From assembly GCA_034678725.1 (NCBI GenBank), contig JAXDBM010000033.1, forward strand, positions 1,308 through 65,307: DNA of 64,000 nucleotides, in the 5' to 3' direction. The first letter of the stretch is position 1. Every line of letters starts with the position of its first letter. The notes beneath the pieces are model-generated. The model was not told the origin of the DNA. It searched no databases and saw nothing but the letters and a program-made list of their open reading frames with translations. Positions 10,465 to 21,030 of the stretch are shown in pieces. This DNA is from Syntrophales bacterium. Lineage in GTDB: Bacteria > Desulfobacterota > Syntrophia > Syntrophales > Fen-1087. A program made the translations under genes and the position numbers.

Positions 10465-11001
10465 ATGAAAAGATATGGTTTTTGGATGCTGGGCGCGGCG
10501 ATGGCCTTGTTGCTGGCGCTGTCCGCCGTCCCGGTGATGGCGGCGGAAAAGATCGCCTTTGTGCATTTCCAGGCGGCACTGATCAATTCCGATGCCGGCA
10601 AGGTTGCGGCCGGCCAGTTGTCGAAAGTGATCGAGAAAGACAAGGCCACGATTCAGGCGAAGGAAAAGGAACTGCAGAAACTCAAGGATGAGCTCGAAAA
10701 GCAGAGGCAGGTCCTGAAGGAAGACGCATTTCGGGCCAAGGAAGCGGACTATCAGAAGAAATTGAGAGATTACCAGCTCATGGTGCGAGACGCCAATGAG
10801 GAGGTGGAGGCAAAACGGCAGGAAGTGTTCAAGCCGCTTGCGCCGGTCATGGGCAAGGTGATCCACGATATCGGCGAACGGGAAAAATACACGATGATCG
10901 TCGACGTCAGCGTCATTCCGTTGATCTTTTACGACAAGAAGCTGGATATTACACAGAAGGCGACGGAAGAGTTCAACAAGGCCTACAAGGCAAAGAAGTA
11001 G
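10465..11001 (+). CDS. skp: OmpH/Skp periplasmic chaperone
   Basis: Signal peptide, KIAFVH, coiled coil, DITQK; position between bamA and lpxD. Confidence 0.88.
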   Translation: MKRYGFWMLGAAMALLLALSAVPVMAAEKIAFVHFQAALINSDAGKVAAGQLSKVIEKDKATIQAKEKELQKLKDELEKQRQVLKEDAFRAKEADYQKKLRDYQLMVRDANEEVEAKRQEVFKPLAPVMGKVIHDIGEREKYTMIVDVSVIPLIFYDKKLDITQKATEEFNKAYKAKK

Positions 11002-11024
11002 TCACCGAAGAGAGCGAATCGCCT

Positions 11025-12083
11025 GTGCAAAAAACTTTGAACGAGCTCTCGGTCCTGCTGAACGGCCGGGTTGACGGGGACGGCGATGCGGTGATCCGCC
11101 GGGTCCGGGGAATCGAGGAAGCCGAAGCAGGGGACCTGACATTCGTTGCCAATCCGAAATATTCAAAAAAAATGGAGGGGTCATCCGCCTCAGGGATCCT
11201 CGTGTCTCCCGGCATGGAATGCCCGGGGAAAAACCTGCTGATCGTCGACGACCCCTATGTGACCTTCGGCAGGGCGCTGGCCCTCTTTCATCCCGAAGAG
11301 GCAGCGCTCACGGGACGCAGCCCTCACGCGTTTGTGGAGCATAACGCGGATGTTTCCGAAGAGACAACCCTGTACCCCGGCGTTTATGTGGGCCACCGGG
11401 CGAAAGTGGAGCGGGGCGTCGTCCTCTATCCCGGGGTTTTCGTCGACCATGACGCCGTCATTGGCGAGGATTCCATCCTCTATCCCAATGTGACGGTCTA
11501 CCGGCGGTGCCGGATCGGCAGACGCGTGATCCTCCATGCCGGAGTGGTGGTCGGCAGTGACGGTTTTGGTTTTGCCCGGCCCGGCCGGGAAAATGTCAAG
11601 ATCCCCCAGATCGGCATCGTGCAGATCGATGACGATGTCGAGGTGGGCGCCAACACAACCATTGACCGGGCTGCCATCGGCCGGACCTGGATTCAGCGAG
11701 GCGTCAAGATCGACAACCTGGTTCAGATCGCCCACAACGTCATCATCGGCGAGTACTCCATCATTGTGGCCCAGGCCGGCATCTCCGGAAGCACGAGGGT
11801 GGGGAAGAGCGTGATGCTGGGGGGGCAGGCGGGGCTGGTGGGCCATATTCGAATCGGTGATTATGTGATGGTCGCGGCGCAGTCCGGCGTCACCAAAGAC
11901 GTTCCGGCCGGCCGTGTGGTCGCCGGCTCTCCCCACAGACCGCACCGGGACTGGCTGCGTGCCGAGGCCTGCATTTCCGGACTTCCGGAAATGCGTCAGA
12001 TGCTGACGGCCCTGATGAAACGCGTGGAGAAACTTGAAGCCGGGAAACAGTCCAATGGCATGGAAGGGGATGCAGGCATATGA
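11025..12083 (+). CDS. lpxD: UDP-3-O-acylglucosamine N-acyltransferase
   Basis: Hexapeptide repeats, [26 protein letters not shown]. Confidence 0.97.
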   Translation: MQKTLNELSVLLNGRVDGDGDAVIRRVRGIEEAEAGDLTFVANPKYSKKMEGSSASGILVSPGMECPGKNLLIVDDPYVTFGRALALFHPEEAALTGRSPHAFVEHNADVSEETTLYPGVYVGHRAKVERGVVLYPGVFVDHDAVIGEDSILYPNVTVYRRCRIGRRVILHAGVVVGSDGFGFARPGRENVKIPQIGIVQIDDDVEVGANTTIDRAAIGRTWIQRGVKIDNLVQIAHNVIIGEYSIIVAQAGISGSTRVGKSVMLGGQAGLVGHIRIGDYVMVAAQSGVTKDVPAGRVVAGSPHRPHRDWLRAEACISGLPEMRQMLTALMKRVEKLEAGKQSNGMEGDAGI

Positions 12084-12853
12084 AGATTCATCCGACGGCA
12101 GTCGTCGCACCGGATGTCGAACTGGCGGAGGGGGTTGAGATCGGCCCCTATGCGGTGGTCGGCCCGGATGTTCACATCGGGGAGAATACCGTCATCGGTT
12201 CCCATGTCGTGATCGAAGGCCATACCGATATCGGCGCAAGATGCCGGATCTTTCAGTTTGCCTCGATCGGCGTTCAGCCACAGGATCTCAAGTTCAGGGG
12301 TGAGCCCACACGCGTCGTGATCGGGAATGACAACACCATTCGGGAATTCGTGACCATCCATCGGGCGACGGTGTCGGATATCGGCGTCACGATCATGGGA
12401 GACCACAATCTGATCATGGCTTATTCCCATATCGCACACAACTGCAAACTGGGAAATCACGTCATCATGGTCAATGCTGCCAATCTGGCCGGGCATATTC
12501 ACGTTGAGGACTATGCAATCATCGGCGGCCTGACCGGTGTCCACCAATTCACGCGCATCGGAGCCCACTGCATCATCGGCGGGGCTTCCGCAATCTCGAA
12601 GGATGTCGCCCCCTATCTTCTGGTGTCGGGCAACCGCGCAAAACCCCACGGGCTCAATCTCATCGGGCTGAAACGACGGGGCTTCAAGGAAGGCACCATT
12701 CGGGCCCTGAAAGACGCCTATCGCCTGATTTTCCGCTCGTCCCTGCTGCTCCGCACGGCCATCGAAAAGGTTCGAAACGAAGTGGAGGACTGCCCCGAAG
12801 TGAGACACTTTGTCGAATTTATCGAGCAGTCGAAGCGCGGAATCTGCAGATAA
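12080..12853 (+). CDS. lpxA: Acyl-ACP--UDP-GlcNAc(3N) acyltransferase
   Basis: [45 protein letters not shown]. Confidence 0.97.
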   Translation: MKIHPTAVVAPDVELAEGVEIGPYAVVGPDVHIGENTVIGSHVVIEGHTDIGARCRIFQFASIGVQPQDLKFRGEPTRVVIGNDNTIREFVTIHRATVSDIGVTIMGDHNLIMAYSHIAHNCKLGNHVIMVNAANLAGHIHVEDYAIIGGLTGVHQFTRIGAHCIIGGASAISKDVAPYLLVSGNRAKPHGLNLIGLKRRGFKEGTIRALKDAYRLIFRSSLLLRTAIEKVRNEVEDCPEVRHFVEFIEQSKRGICR

Positions 12854-12952
12854 ATCGAATTCATGGATTTCTCGAATGCGGGTGCTCGAAGCGAATCCGG
12901 CCGGTTCCGTCGTGGTCGAACCGCCGGGCGCCGGCATGAACATGCGGACGGT

Positions 12953-13906
12953 ATGAAGATGGATAAAATCAGAATCGGCGTCGTGGGCATTGGCCATCTC
13001 GGCCGGTACCACCTGCAGAAATACGAAAAGCTGGATCAGTGCGAGATCGTCGCGGCGGCCGATATCGTTGAGGAGCGTGCCGCAAGGGCTGCGGCGCTTC
13101 ATGGATGCCGGGCCATGACGGATTACCGGGAAATGATCGACGCCGTGGACGCGGTGAGCATTGCCGTGCCCACCCAGTGCCACCATGCCGTCGCCGGGGC
13201 CTTTCTCGAGGCAGGCGTGCACGTCCTCCTGGAAAAGCCGATTGCAGAAACCCTCGACCAGGCAGACGAACTGATTGCCCTGGCCGATCGAAGCGGCCTT
13301 GTTTTTCAGATCGGTTTTGTGGAGCGGTTCAATCCGGCCGTGGTCGCCCTGGGTCAGGTGATCGGACGGCCCCTTTTCATCGAATCGCACCGCCTCCATC
13401 CTTTTTTTGAGCGGGGGACCGATGTGGATGTCATCCTCGATCTCATGGTTCATGACCTGGACATCATCCTGCATTTTGTCGATTCTCCTCTTGAGGACAT
13501 CGATGCGGTGGGAACTGCCGTGCTGTCGGACAAGGTGGATATCGCCAACGCACGACTGCGCTTTCGGAACGGCTGTGCAGCCAATGTCACGGCCAGCCGG
13601 ATCAGCGTCAAGACCATGCAGAAGATTCGGTTTTTCGGACTGGAAGGCTACCATGCCGTGGATTTCGCGAAGCGGGACCTGCTTTCGCTCCAAAGGGTGA
13701 AAAAAGCGGAAGGCCAGATTGAAATCATTCAGAATCAGATTGAAATCCTTCAGAAGGACCCGCTGGAACAGGAAATCCGGACCTTTGTCGATGCCATCGT
13801 GCAGGGGACCCCTACCCCGGTTCCCGCCAGTGAGGGTAGACGGGTACTTGAAGTTGCACTGCAAATTGTAAACGAAATCAAGTCGTCTCAGGAAAAATTG
13901 TCATGA
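12953..13906 (+). CDS. gnnA: Gfo/Idh/MocA oxidoreductase, probable UDP-GlcNAc 3-dehydrogenase (GnnA-like)
   Basis: GVVGIGHLG, EKPIA, ERFNPA, DLMVHDLD; between lpxA and lpxB next to an aminotransferase. Confidence 0.78.
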   Translation: MKMDKIRIGVVGIGHLGRYHLQKYEKLDQCEIVAAADIVEERAARAAALHGCRAMTDYREMIDAVDAVSIAVPTQCHHAVAGAFLEAGVHVLLEKPIAETLDQADELIALADRSGLVFQIGFVERFNPAVVALGQVIGRPLFIESHRLHPFFERGTDVDVILDLMVHDLDIILHFVDSPLEDIDAVGTAVLSDKVDIANARLRFRNGCAANVTASRISVKTMQKIRFFGLEGYHAVDFAKRDLLSLQRVKKAEGQIEIIQNQIEILQKDPLEQEIRTFVDAIVQGTPTPVPASEGRRVLEVALQIVNEIKSSQEKLS

Positions 13907-14994
13907 TCCCCATGGTCGACCTGCAGCGGCAGTATCAAGATCTGAAAAGCGAAATGGACCATGCCCTGCAGAACGTTCTGAATCAGGGCCAGTTCATCCT
14001 CGGGCCGGAAGTAACCGCCCTGGAGGGCGAAGTGGCCGCCTATCACGGCGTTCCCTTCGCCGCGGGAGTGGCCAGCGGGACCGATGCCCTGCTGCTTGCC
14101 CTGCGGGCCAGCGGGATCGGTGCGGGGGACGAGGTAATCACCACCCCCTTCACGTTTATTGCCACTGCCGAGGTTATCTCCCTCATTCGTGCGACCCCCG
14201 TTTTCGTCGACATTGAACCGGACACGTTCAATCTGGATCCCGGGAAAATAGAGAGGAAAATAACAAAAAGAACCCGGGCCATCATCCCGGTTCATCTTTT
14301 CGGCCATCCGGCCGACATGGAACCCATTCTCGAACTGGCCCGAAGATATCGTCTGAAAATCATCGAAGACTGCGCGCAGGCCTTCGGCGCCGCCTATCAC
14401 GGAAAAAAGGTCGGCGCCATGGGGGAATGCGGCTGCTTCAGCTTTTTCCCGAGCAAAAACCTCGCCGGCTACGGGGATGGCGGCATGATTATCACCCGGG
14501 ACGAAGAGACGGTCGACCGCATCCGGATGCTGCGCAACCACGGCAGCAAGCAGCGATACCACCATCACCTGCTGGGCTACAACAGCCGCCTCGATGAACT
14601 TCAGGCGGCGATTGTCCGCGTCAAATTCAGGCGCATCGATGCGTTCAACGCGGCCCGCCGCAGGCATGCTGACCTGTACCGGGCCGTAATCGGGCAGGAG
14701 GATGTCATTCTGCCGCTGGAACGGCCCGGCTGCCGTCACGTCTATCATCAGTTCACCCTTCGGTCGAAGTTCCGGGACCGGATCATGGCGTCTCTGCAAG
14801 ACCGAGGGGTCGCTTCGGCCATATACTACCCCGTACCCCTGCACCGACAGGAAGTCTTTAGGGCCGACGCGGCCGGCGTTCAATTGCCCTGTGCGGATAC
14901 CTGTGCCGGAGAGGTGCTTTCCCTTCCCATGTTTCCGGAATTGCGCGAAGAGGAAATCCGGCTGATCGGCGACATCATCAACCATGCCTCGTGA
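13903..14994 (+). CDS. gnnB: DegT/DnrJ/EryC1/StrS aminotransferase, probable GnnB-like
   Basis: SGTDAL, EDCAQAFG, SFFPSKNL (PLP Lys), GYNSRLDELQAA; context lpxA-gnnA-x-lpxB. Confidence 0.78.
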   Translation: MIPMVDLQRQYQDLKSEMDHALQNVLNQGQFILGPEVTALEGEVAAYHGVPFAAGVASGTDALLLALRASGIGAGDEVITTPFTFIATAEVISLIRATPVFVDIEPDTFNLDPGKIERKITKRTRAIIPVHLFGHPADMEPILELARRYRLKIIEDCAQAFGAAYHGKKVGAMGECGCFSFFPSKNLAGYGDGGMIITRDEETVDRIRMLRNHGSKQRYHHHLLGYNSRLDELQAAIVRVKFRRIDAFNAARRRHADLYRAVIGQEDVILPLERPGCRHVYHQFTLRSKFRDRIMASLQDRGVASAIYYPVPLHRQEVFRADAAGVQLPCADTCAGEVLSLPMFPELREEEIRLIGDIINHAS

Positions 14995-16168
14995 AACGCG
15001 CATATCCAGTTGTGATATGACAGCCGGCAATCCCTTCCATGCCAAGCCAATCATGATTGTAGCCGGCGAACAATCGGGCGACCTTCACGGGTCCAATCTG
15101 GTCAAAGCCATGCGCCGCATCGATCCCTCACTCCGGTTTTACGGCATCGGGGGCAGAAAGATGCAGGAGGCCGGGGTCGAGTTGATGGCGGACGCGGCCG
15201 ACATGGCGGTTGTCGGTCTGACGGAGGTTGCCGGAAAACTGGGGATGATCCTGGGTGTCATGCGACGGATGAAGCAGGCCCTGAAAGACCGGAAGCCGCC
15301 GCTTTTGATCCTGATCGATTATCCGGACTTCAACCTGATCCTGGGGAAGACGGCGAAAAAAAACGGTGTCCGGATCTTCTATTACATCAGTCCGCAGATC
15401 TGGGCATGGCGGAAGGGGAGAATCGAGAAAATCCGTAAAATCGTGGACAAAATGGCGGTGATTCTGCCTTTCGAGGAGCCGTTCTACCGGCAGGCGGGCA
15501 TGGATGTCACCTTTGTCGGACATCCGCTACTCGATGCGGTGAAAAAAAAATACCCGCGGTCGGAGGCTTTTCGCAAATTTGATCTTCGGGAAGGGATCAC
15601 CACGATCGGACTGCTCCCCGGGAGCCGCCAGGGGGAAGTGGCCAGACTTTTGCCCGTGATGTTGAAGGCCGCCGGCATCCTGATGCAGCGCCGGCCTTCC
15701 GTTCAATTCATTCTCCCCCTGGCCGATGCCCTGGACCGGGATTTCGTGGAAAAGATGATCCGCCAGGAATCCGTGCCGGTGCGCGTCATCCCGAACGAGA
15801 TCTACGATGTCGTCGGCGTGTGCGACATTGCCGTTGTTGCGTCCGGCACGGCAACGTTGGAAACGGCCCTGCTGGGAACCGCCATGGTCATCATTTACAA
15901 GGTGTCCCCCCTGTCTTATCGGATCGGGGCAAAGATCATCCGCGTGACCCACATCGGCCTGGCGAACCTCATCGCCGGGAAAACCATTGTTCCCGAATTG
16001 ATCCAGCATGATGCCAATCCGGACCGCATTGCGGAGGAAGTGATGGACATCCTGGGCAATGAGACGCGGATGCATTGGATCAAAGAGGAGCTGAATCGAA
16101 TCCGGGAGAAACTGGGCGGCGCCGGGGCTTCGGAACGAGCGGCCCGCCTCGCCTGCGATCTCCTGTAG
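14984..16168 (+). CDS. lpxB: Lipid-A-disaccharide synthase
   Basis: IVAGEQSGDLHG, IDYPDFN, YISPQIWAWR, LLPGSR, SGTATLE; exact start uncertain. Confidence 0.96.
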   Translation: MPRETRISSCDMTAGNPFHAKPIMIVAGEQSGDLHGSNLVKAMRRIDPSLRFYGIGGRKMQEAGVELMADAADMAVVGLTEVAGKLGMILGVMRRMKQALKDRKPPLLILIDYPDFNLILGKTAKKNGVRIFYYISPQIWAWRKGRIEKIRKIVDKMAVILPFEEPFYRQAGMDVTFVGHPLLDAVKKKYPRSEAFRKFDLREGITTIGLLPGSRQGEVARLLPVMLKAAGILMQRRPSVQFILPLADALDRDFVEKMIRQESVPVRVIPNEIYDVVGVCDIAVVASGTATLETALLGTAMVIIYKVSPLSYRIGAKIIRVTHIGLANLIAGKTIVPELIQHDANPDRIAEEVMDILGNETRMHWIKEELNRIREKLGGAGASERAARLACDLL

Positions 16169-16220
16169 ATGGCGGTTTCATTGAGCGGGACCCCCTGCCG
16201 CATTGAAAGCATCGGACACC

Positions 16221-17969
16221 ATGAATATCTATAAACGTCTTGTAAAGCTCGCCAGACCGCATGTTGCCAAATTCATTCTGGCCATGTTCTGCATGCTGGT
16301 CGTCGGGGGCCTGACCTCCGCGCTGGCTTTTCTGGTCAAGCCCGCCCTGGACGATATCTTCATGAAGAAAAACATGGTGATGCTGAAATGGATTCCCGTC
16401 GCCGTCATCACGATCTACCTGCTCAAGGGGCTTTGCAATTACGTGCAGATCGTGCTCATGAGCTTTATCGGCCAGCGCGTGGTTGCGGACGTGCGCAACC
16501 AGCTCTACCGGGCCATTCAGGGGCAATCGATGTCCTTTTTCACGAAGCACCCCACGGGGATTCTCATGTCCCGGATCACCAACGACGTCAATTCCATGCA
16601 GGGTACGGTCTCGGAGGCGGTGACCAGCCTTCTGAAGGATTCGTTCACTCTGGTCTGCCTGATCTTTGTCATTTTTTACCGGGACTGGCAGCTTGCCCTC
16701 GTGGCGATGGTGATCTTCCCGTTGACGATCTATCCGATCGCGACCTTCGGACGGAAAATGAGAAGCGTGGCGACCCGGACTCAGGTGACGATGGGAACGC
16801 TGACGACCCTCCTGCAGGAGACGATTTCAGGAGCAAGGATCGTCAAGGCCTTCGGACGGGAGGACTATGAGGGCAGCCGGTTCTCAAGGGAAAATGAAAA
16901 CCTTCTCAGGCTGACCCTGAAAGCCGTATCGATCAGCGCCATCTCCAGCCCTTTCATGGAATTTCTCGGCGGCATTGGCATTGCCGCGATTGTCTTTTAC
17001 GGCGGCTACCAGGTCATCCAGGGTGTGTCCACGCCGGGCACCTTCTTTTCCTTTCTCACGGCGCTCCTGATGCTCTACGAGCCGATCAAGCGCCTGACCA
17101 ACGTCAACAACACGATCCAGCAGGGCATTGCCGGTGCACAGCGCGTGTTCAGCATCATCGATACCGTTCCGGAAATACAGAACAAGACCGGGGCGGTTCC
17201 CCTGCCGGCGATATGGAAGGCGATCGAGATTCGAAATGTCACATTCCGCTATGAGGATGTTCCGGTCCTGAACCGGATCAATCTGACCGTCCGGGCCGGC
17301 GAGGCCGTGGCTTTCGTGGGGATGAGCGGCGGCGGGAAGACCACTCTGGTCAATCTGATCCCCCGCTTCTACGATGTTTCGGAGGGGCAGATCCTGATCG
17401 ATGGCCTGGACGTCCGCGATGTTACCATCGAATCGTTGCGGGCCCAGATCGGAATGGTCACACAGCAGACCATTCTCTTCAACGATACGGTCCGGAACAA
17501 CATCGTCTATGGCGACAGCGGAAAGACCGAAGCGGATGTCATTCGGGCGGCAAAAGCGGCCAATGCCCACAACTTCATCATGAATCTTCCCCAGGGTTAC
17601 GATACGGTCATCGGTGAGCAGGGGACAAAGCTTTCCGGCGGCGAACGGCAGCGGATCTCCATCGCCCGGGCGCTCCTGAAGGATGCTCCCATTCTGATCC
17701 TGGACGAGGCCACTTCGTCCCTGGACACGGAGGCGGAAATCGAGGTCCAGGAAGCCCTGGAAAATCTGATGCGGGGAAGAACGACGCTGGTGATTGCCCA
17801 CCGGCTGTCCACGATACGGAATGCCGACCGGATTGTCGTCCTGGTGAACGGCGAGATTGCGGAAGAGGGAACCCATGAGACCCTGCTTAATAAACGAGGC
17901 GAATATTACCGGCTTTATCAGATGCAGTTCAAAAATGGCGATCCGGTGAAAAATTCCGGGAATCCCTAG
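16221..17969 (+). CDS. msbA: Lipid A export ABC transporter
   Basis: TM domain plus NBD (GMSGGGKTT, LSGGERQR, LDEATSSLD); between lpxB and lpxK. Confidence 0.92.
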   Translation: MNIYKRLVKLARPHVAKFILAMFCMLVVGGLTSALAFLVKPALDDIFMKKNMVMLKWIPVAVITIYLLKGLCNYVQIVLMSFIGQRVVADVRNQLYRAIQGQSMSFFTKHPTGILMSRITNDVNSMQGTVSEAVTSLLKDSFTLVCLIFVIFYRDWQLALVAMVIFPLTIYPIATFGRKMRSVATRTQVTMGTLTTLLQETISGARIVKAFGREDYEGSRFSRENENLLRLTLKAVSISAISSPFMEFLGGIGIAAIVFYGGYQVIQGVSTPGTFFSFLTALLMLYEPIKRLTNVNNTIQQGIAGAQRVFSIIDTVPEIQNKTGAVPLPAIWKAIEIRNVTFRYEDVPVLNRINLTVRAGEAVAFVGMSGGGKTTLVNLIPRFYDVSEGQILIDGLDVRDVTIESLRAQIGMVTQQTILFNDTVRNNIVYGDSGKTEADVIRAAKAANAHNFIMNLPQGYDTVIGEQGTKLSGGERQRISIARALLKDAPILILDEATSSLDTEAEIEVQEALENLMRGRTTLVIAHRLSTIRNADRIVVLVNGEIAEEGTHETLLNKRGEYYRLYQMQFKNGDPVKNSGNP

Positions 17970-18126
17970 CCCGGGGAGGTCCTGCCGGAGGCGCCCAATG
18001 GTATGGGCCGCAAATCCGTCGCATCGGCGGAAGGCATTTCAGGGCGCTGCATTCATGCTGAAGACGAGGCGAAACCGATCCGATGCATCTGCCGCGAAGG
18101 ATGGAATACGGGCCGGCAAAGTGGAC

Positions 18127-19209
18127 ATGGCATTCAGACGATTATGGGACGAGGAAAACCGAACCCTTCGGGGAAGGCTTCTTCTCTTTTCATTGCTGCC
18201 TCTCTCGCTGATTTACCGGTCCGCCGTCTTTCTGAGAAACGGCCTGTTCGAGATGGGAATTCTCAAACAGCGGAAGATGGGGTGTCCGGTCATCAGCGTC
18301 GGCAACCTGACCGTCGGCGGAACGGGGAAGACGCCGCTGGCGGTCATGCTGGCTAATGTTCTTCGGGAAAACGGGTATCGACCGGCCGTGCTGAGCCGGG
18401 GATACGGGAGCAGTTCTTCATCGCCGGTAACTGTCGTGTCCGATGGCGAACGGATCCTGACAGGCTGCGCCCAAGCGGGAGATGAACCGCTATTGATCGC
18501 CAGATCGTGCCCGGGTGTGGCGGTCCTCACCGGCGCCAGCCGGGCGCTTGCGGGAAGGCAAGCCACCGACCGTTTGGGCGCCGACATCCTGATTCTGGAT
18601 GACGGTTTCCAGCATCGCCATGTCGCCAGGGACATCAATATTCTCCTGGCGGACCGCGCCAGACCATTCGGAAACGGGTTTCTCTTGCCTGCCGGACCCC
18701 TGCGTGAGCCGCCGAACGCCATGGACAGGGCGGACCTGATCATCGTCACGGACAGCGATGACGGGGGCGCGGGGGATTTCCCCCCCGACGTCAGGATCCG
18801 CTCGGTAGCCCCCCTTTTCCGGGGCGTCCGGCGGCCGAAAGACATCCGCCACGGGGGAACGGGGCAGATATTGCCGCTGACTTCTTTACGCGATGCCCGG
18901 ATCTGCGCCTTCAGCGGGATCGGTTCGCCGGAATCCTTCTGTAAGACCCTGCGATCCCTCGGCGCGGAATTGGTCTGTTGCCTTGACTTCCCCGATCATC
19001 ACCGCTATCGCAGGGAGGATTTGGACAGGATCGAGGCGGCTGCAGCCGGGGTGAAGGCTGCCATGATCGTGACGACCGAAAAAGACGGCGTGCATCTGGA
19101 GGATTTCCCGTTTTTTCTTGAAAAGGTTTTCTTCCTCAGGATCGCCATGGAAATCATCCCGAATGAGAAGGCTTTTCAGCAGTGGCTGCTCGAGAGGCTG
19201 GCTCGTTAG
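18127..19209 (+). CDS. lpxK: Tetraacyldisaccharide 4'-kinase
   Basis: VISVGNLTVGGTGKTP, LSRGYG, GDEP, DDGFQH, PAGPLRE, TTEKD; start estimated. Confidence 0.96.
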   Translation: MAFRRLWDEENRTLRGRLLLFSLLPLSLIYRSAVFLRNGLFEMGILKQRKMGCPVISVGNLTVGGTGKTPLAVMLANVLRENGYRPAVLSRGYGSSSSSPVTVVSDGERILTGCAQAGDEPLLIARSCPGVAVLTGASRALAGRQATDRLGADILILDDGFQHRHVARDINILLADRARPFGNGFLLPAGPLREPPNAMDRADLIIVTDSDDGGAGDFPPDVRIRSVAPLFRGVRRPKDIRHGGTGQILPLTSLRDARICAFSGIGSPESFCKTLRSLGAELVCCLDFPDHHRYRREDLDRIEAAAAGVKAAMIVTTEKDGVHLEDFPFFLEKVFFLRIAMEIIPNEKAFQQWLLERLAR

Positions 19210-19411
19210 CGGAGAGGAACCCCTGAGCCTCGTTGAATAAGGGGAGTACGAAGCGATCAAGCACATCGGAAGAAAGGGCGCGGAAGAATCCCGACCGGTA
19301 ATTGCTCTTTTCTCGCATGAGTTCTGATGACCGGATGCAGCCGATTCAAGGTGTCGAAAGCCGCCCGGCGCCGGCATCGGCTCGGTGTGGAATGTTTTGA
19401 GGTCTTGTCCC

Positions 19412-20467
19412 ATGCAAGTGCGGATTTCCGCAGGAAGACCCTTCAAAGAAGGAAAGAATCTCCTGATCCGGGGGACGAACTGGATCGGCGATGCGGTCAT
19501 GACGCTTCCCGCCATATCCGCCGTTCGTCAGACCTTTCCCGGGGCGAGGATCACGATACTGGTGAAACCGTGGGTGGCGGAGCTTTTCCATCTCTGCCCG
19601 GATGTCGACGAGGTCATGATTTTTCAGAGTCCCGGTCCTCATGACGGTGTGGCGGGAAAATGGAGGCTGGCCGGGGAACTGAGGAAAAAGAATTTTGACA
19701 CGGCCATTCTCCTGCAGAACGCGATTGAAGCGGCCATCATCGCCCTGATGGCCGGCATCCCCGTGCGCGCCGGTTACAACAGCGATGTGAGGGGGCCGCT
19801 CCTGAGCCATTCGGTCCGGCGGACGAGGGCCGTCCGCGAAATTCACCAGACCGGCTATTATCTCGAGATGGTCAGGGCGCTCGGATGTGAAACCAGCGAC
19901 GCGAAGGTGCATCTCGATGCGGGCAGGGAATCCGGTCCTCTGGCAGAATCCCTGATTGGGCGCTTTGGGCTGGACAAAGGCCGGCTGCTGATTGGAATGG
20001 CGCCGGGCGCCGCCTACGGGCCGGCGAAGAAATGGTTCCCGGAACGGTTCGCGGCGGTTTCAGACCGGCTGGCGGACGCTTTGCCGGTGCAGACCGTCCT
20101 CTTCGGCAGCGCCGGGGACAGGGAAAGCACGGACGCGGTCCGGCGGAGTGCTACATTCCCGATCCTCGATCTGGCCGGGCAGACCAGCTTGAAAGAGGCG
20201 ATGGCCCTTATGTCCCGCTGTCGTGTTTTTGTTTCCAATGACTCCGGGCTGATGCATGTCGCGGCGGCGCTGGGCGTCCCGACCGTCGCCATTTTCGGGT
20301 CCACGAATACGCTGACGACCGCTCCGGTGGGCCGTCGCGTTGCGATTGTCCACAAACCGGTGCCCTGCAGCCCCTGTCTGAAGCAGACCTGCCCCGCCGA
20401 TTTCCGGTGCATGGCAATGATCGGCGTCGACGATGTCTATGATGCAGCCAGGGGGCTGTTGGAATGA
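19412..20467 (+). CDS. waaF: LPS heptosyltransferase II (GT9)
   Basis: NWIGDAVMTLP, PGAAYGPAKKW, NDSGLMHVAAA. Confidence 0.9.
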   Translation: MQVRISAGRPFKEGKNLLIRGTNWIGDAVMTLPAISAVRQTFPGARITILVKPWVAELFHLCPDVDEVMIFQSPGPHDGVAGKWRLAGELRKKNFDTAILLQNAIEAAIIALMAGIPVRAGYNSDVRGPLLSHSVRRTRAVREIHQTGYYLEMVRALGCETSDAKVHLDAGRESGPLAESLIGRFGLDKGRLLIGMAPGAAYGPAKKWFPERFAAVSDRLADALPVQTVLFGSAGDRESTDAVRRSATFPILDLAGQTSLKEAMALMSRCRVFVSNDSGLMHVAAALGVPTVAIFGSTNTLTTAPVGRRVAIVHKPVPCSPCLKQTCPADFRCMAMIGVDDVYDAARGLLE

Positions 20468-21030
20468 AGAAGCGGATTGCCGTTTTTCTGGACCGCGACG
20501 GGACCCTCAACGAAGAGGTGGGATATCTGGACAGCCTTGCGAAACTTCATGTCTTTCCCCGGGCCTACGAGGCGGTCCGGCTGATCAACAGAAGCGGCAT
20601 GAAAGCCGTCGTGATCACCAACCAGTCCGGTGTGGCGAGAGGGTATTTCGACGAAGACTTTGTCGAAACGGTGCATGCACGCATGCGGGAGATGTTTCGA
20701 GTCCAGAGGGCGTGCATCGACCGTTTTTATTACTGTCCCCATCACCCCACGGAAGGTACGGGCATTTACCGGGTCTCCTGCTCGTGCCGAAAACCGGAAT
20801 CGGGCTTGCTGATCCGGGCTGCCGAAGAGATGGACATCGATCTGGCCGGCTCCTACATGGTGGGCGACATGCCCAAGGACATCGAAGCGGCCCGGAAAGT
20901 CGGGGCGAAGGGCATTCTCGTGAGAACGGGATACGGCGCGGAGCACGCTTCTTGGCCGTTGACGCCGGATTACATCGCCGGCGACATTCTCGATGCGGTG
21001 TTGTGGATCGTCAGGGACCGGGCAAAATGA
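20464..21030 (+). CDS. gmhB: D-glycero-D-manno-heptose 1,7-bisphosphate phosphatase
   Basis: FLDRDGTLN, TNQSGVARG, CPHHP, CSCRKP, VGD. Confidence 0.92.
   Translation: MKKRIAVFLDRDGTLNEEVGYLDSLAKLHVFPRAYEAVRLINRSGMKAVVITNQSGVARGYFDEDFVETVHARMREMFRVQRACIDRFYYCPHHPTEGTGIYRVSCSCRKPESGLLIRAAEEMDIDLAGSYMVGDMPKDIEAARKVGAKGILVRTGYGAEHASWPLTPDYIAGDILDAVLWIVRDRAK

Noticed and set aside
20433-21026. Apparent 544-aa extended heptosyltransferase
   Set aside because: The extension overlaps gmhB in another frame; the real start is ATG 21027.
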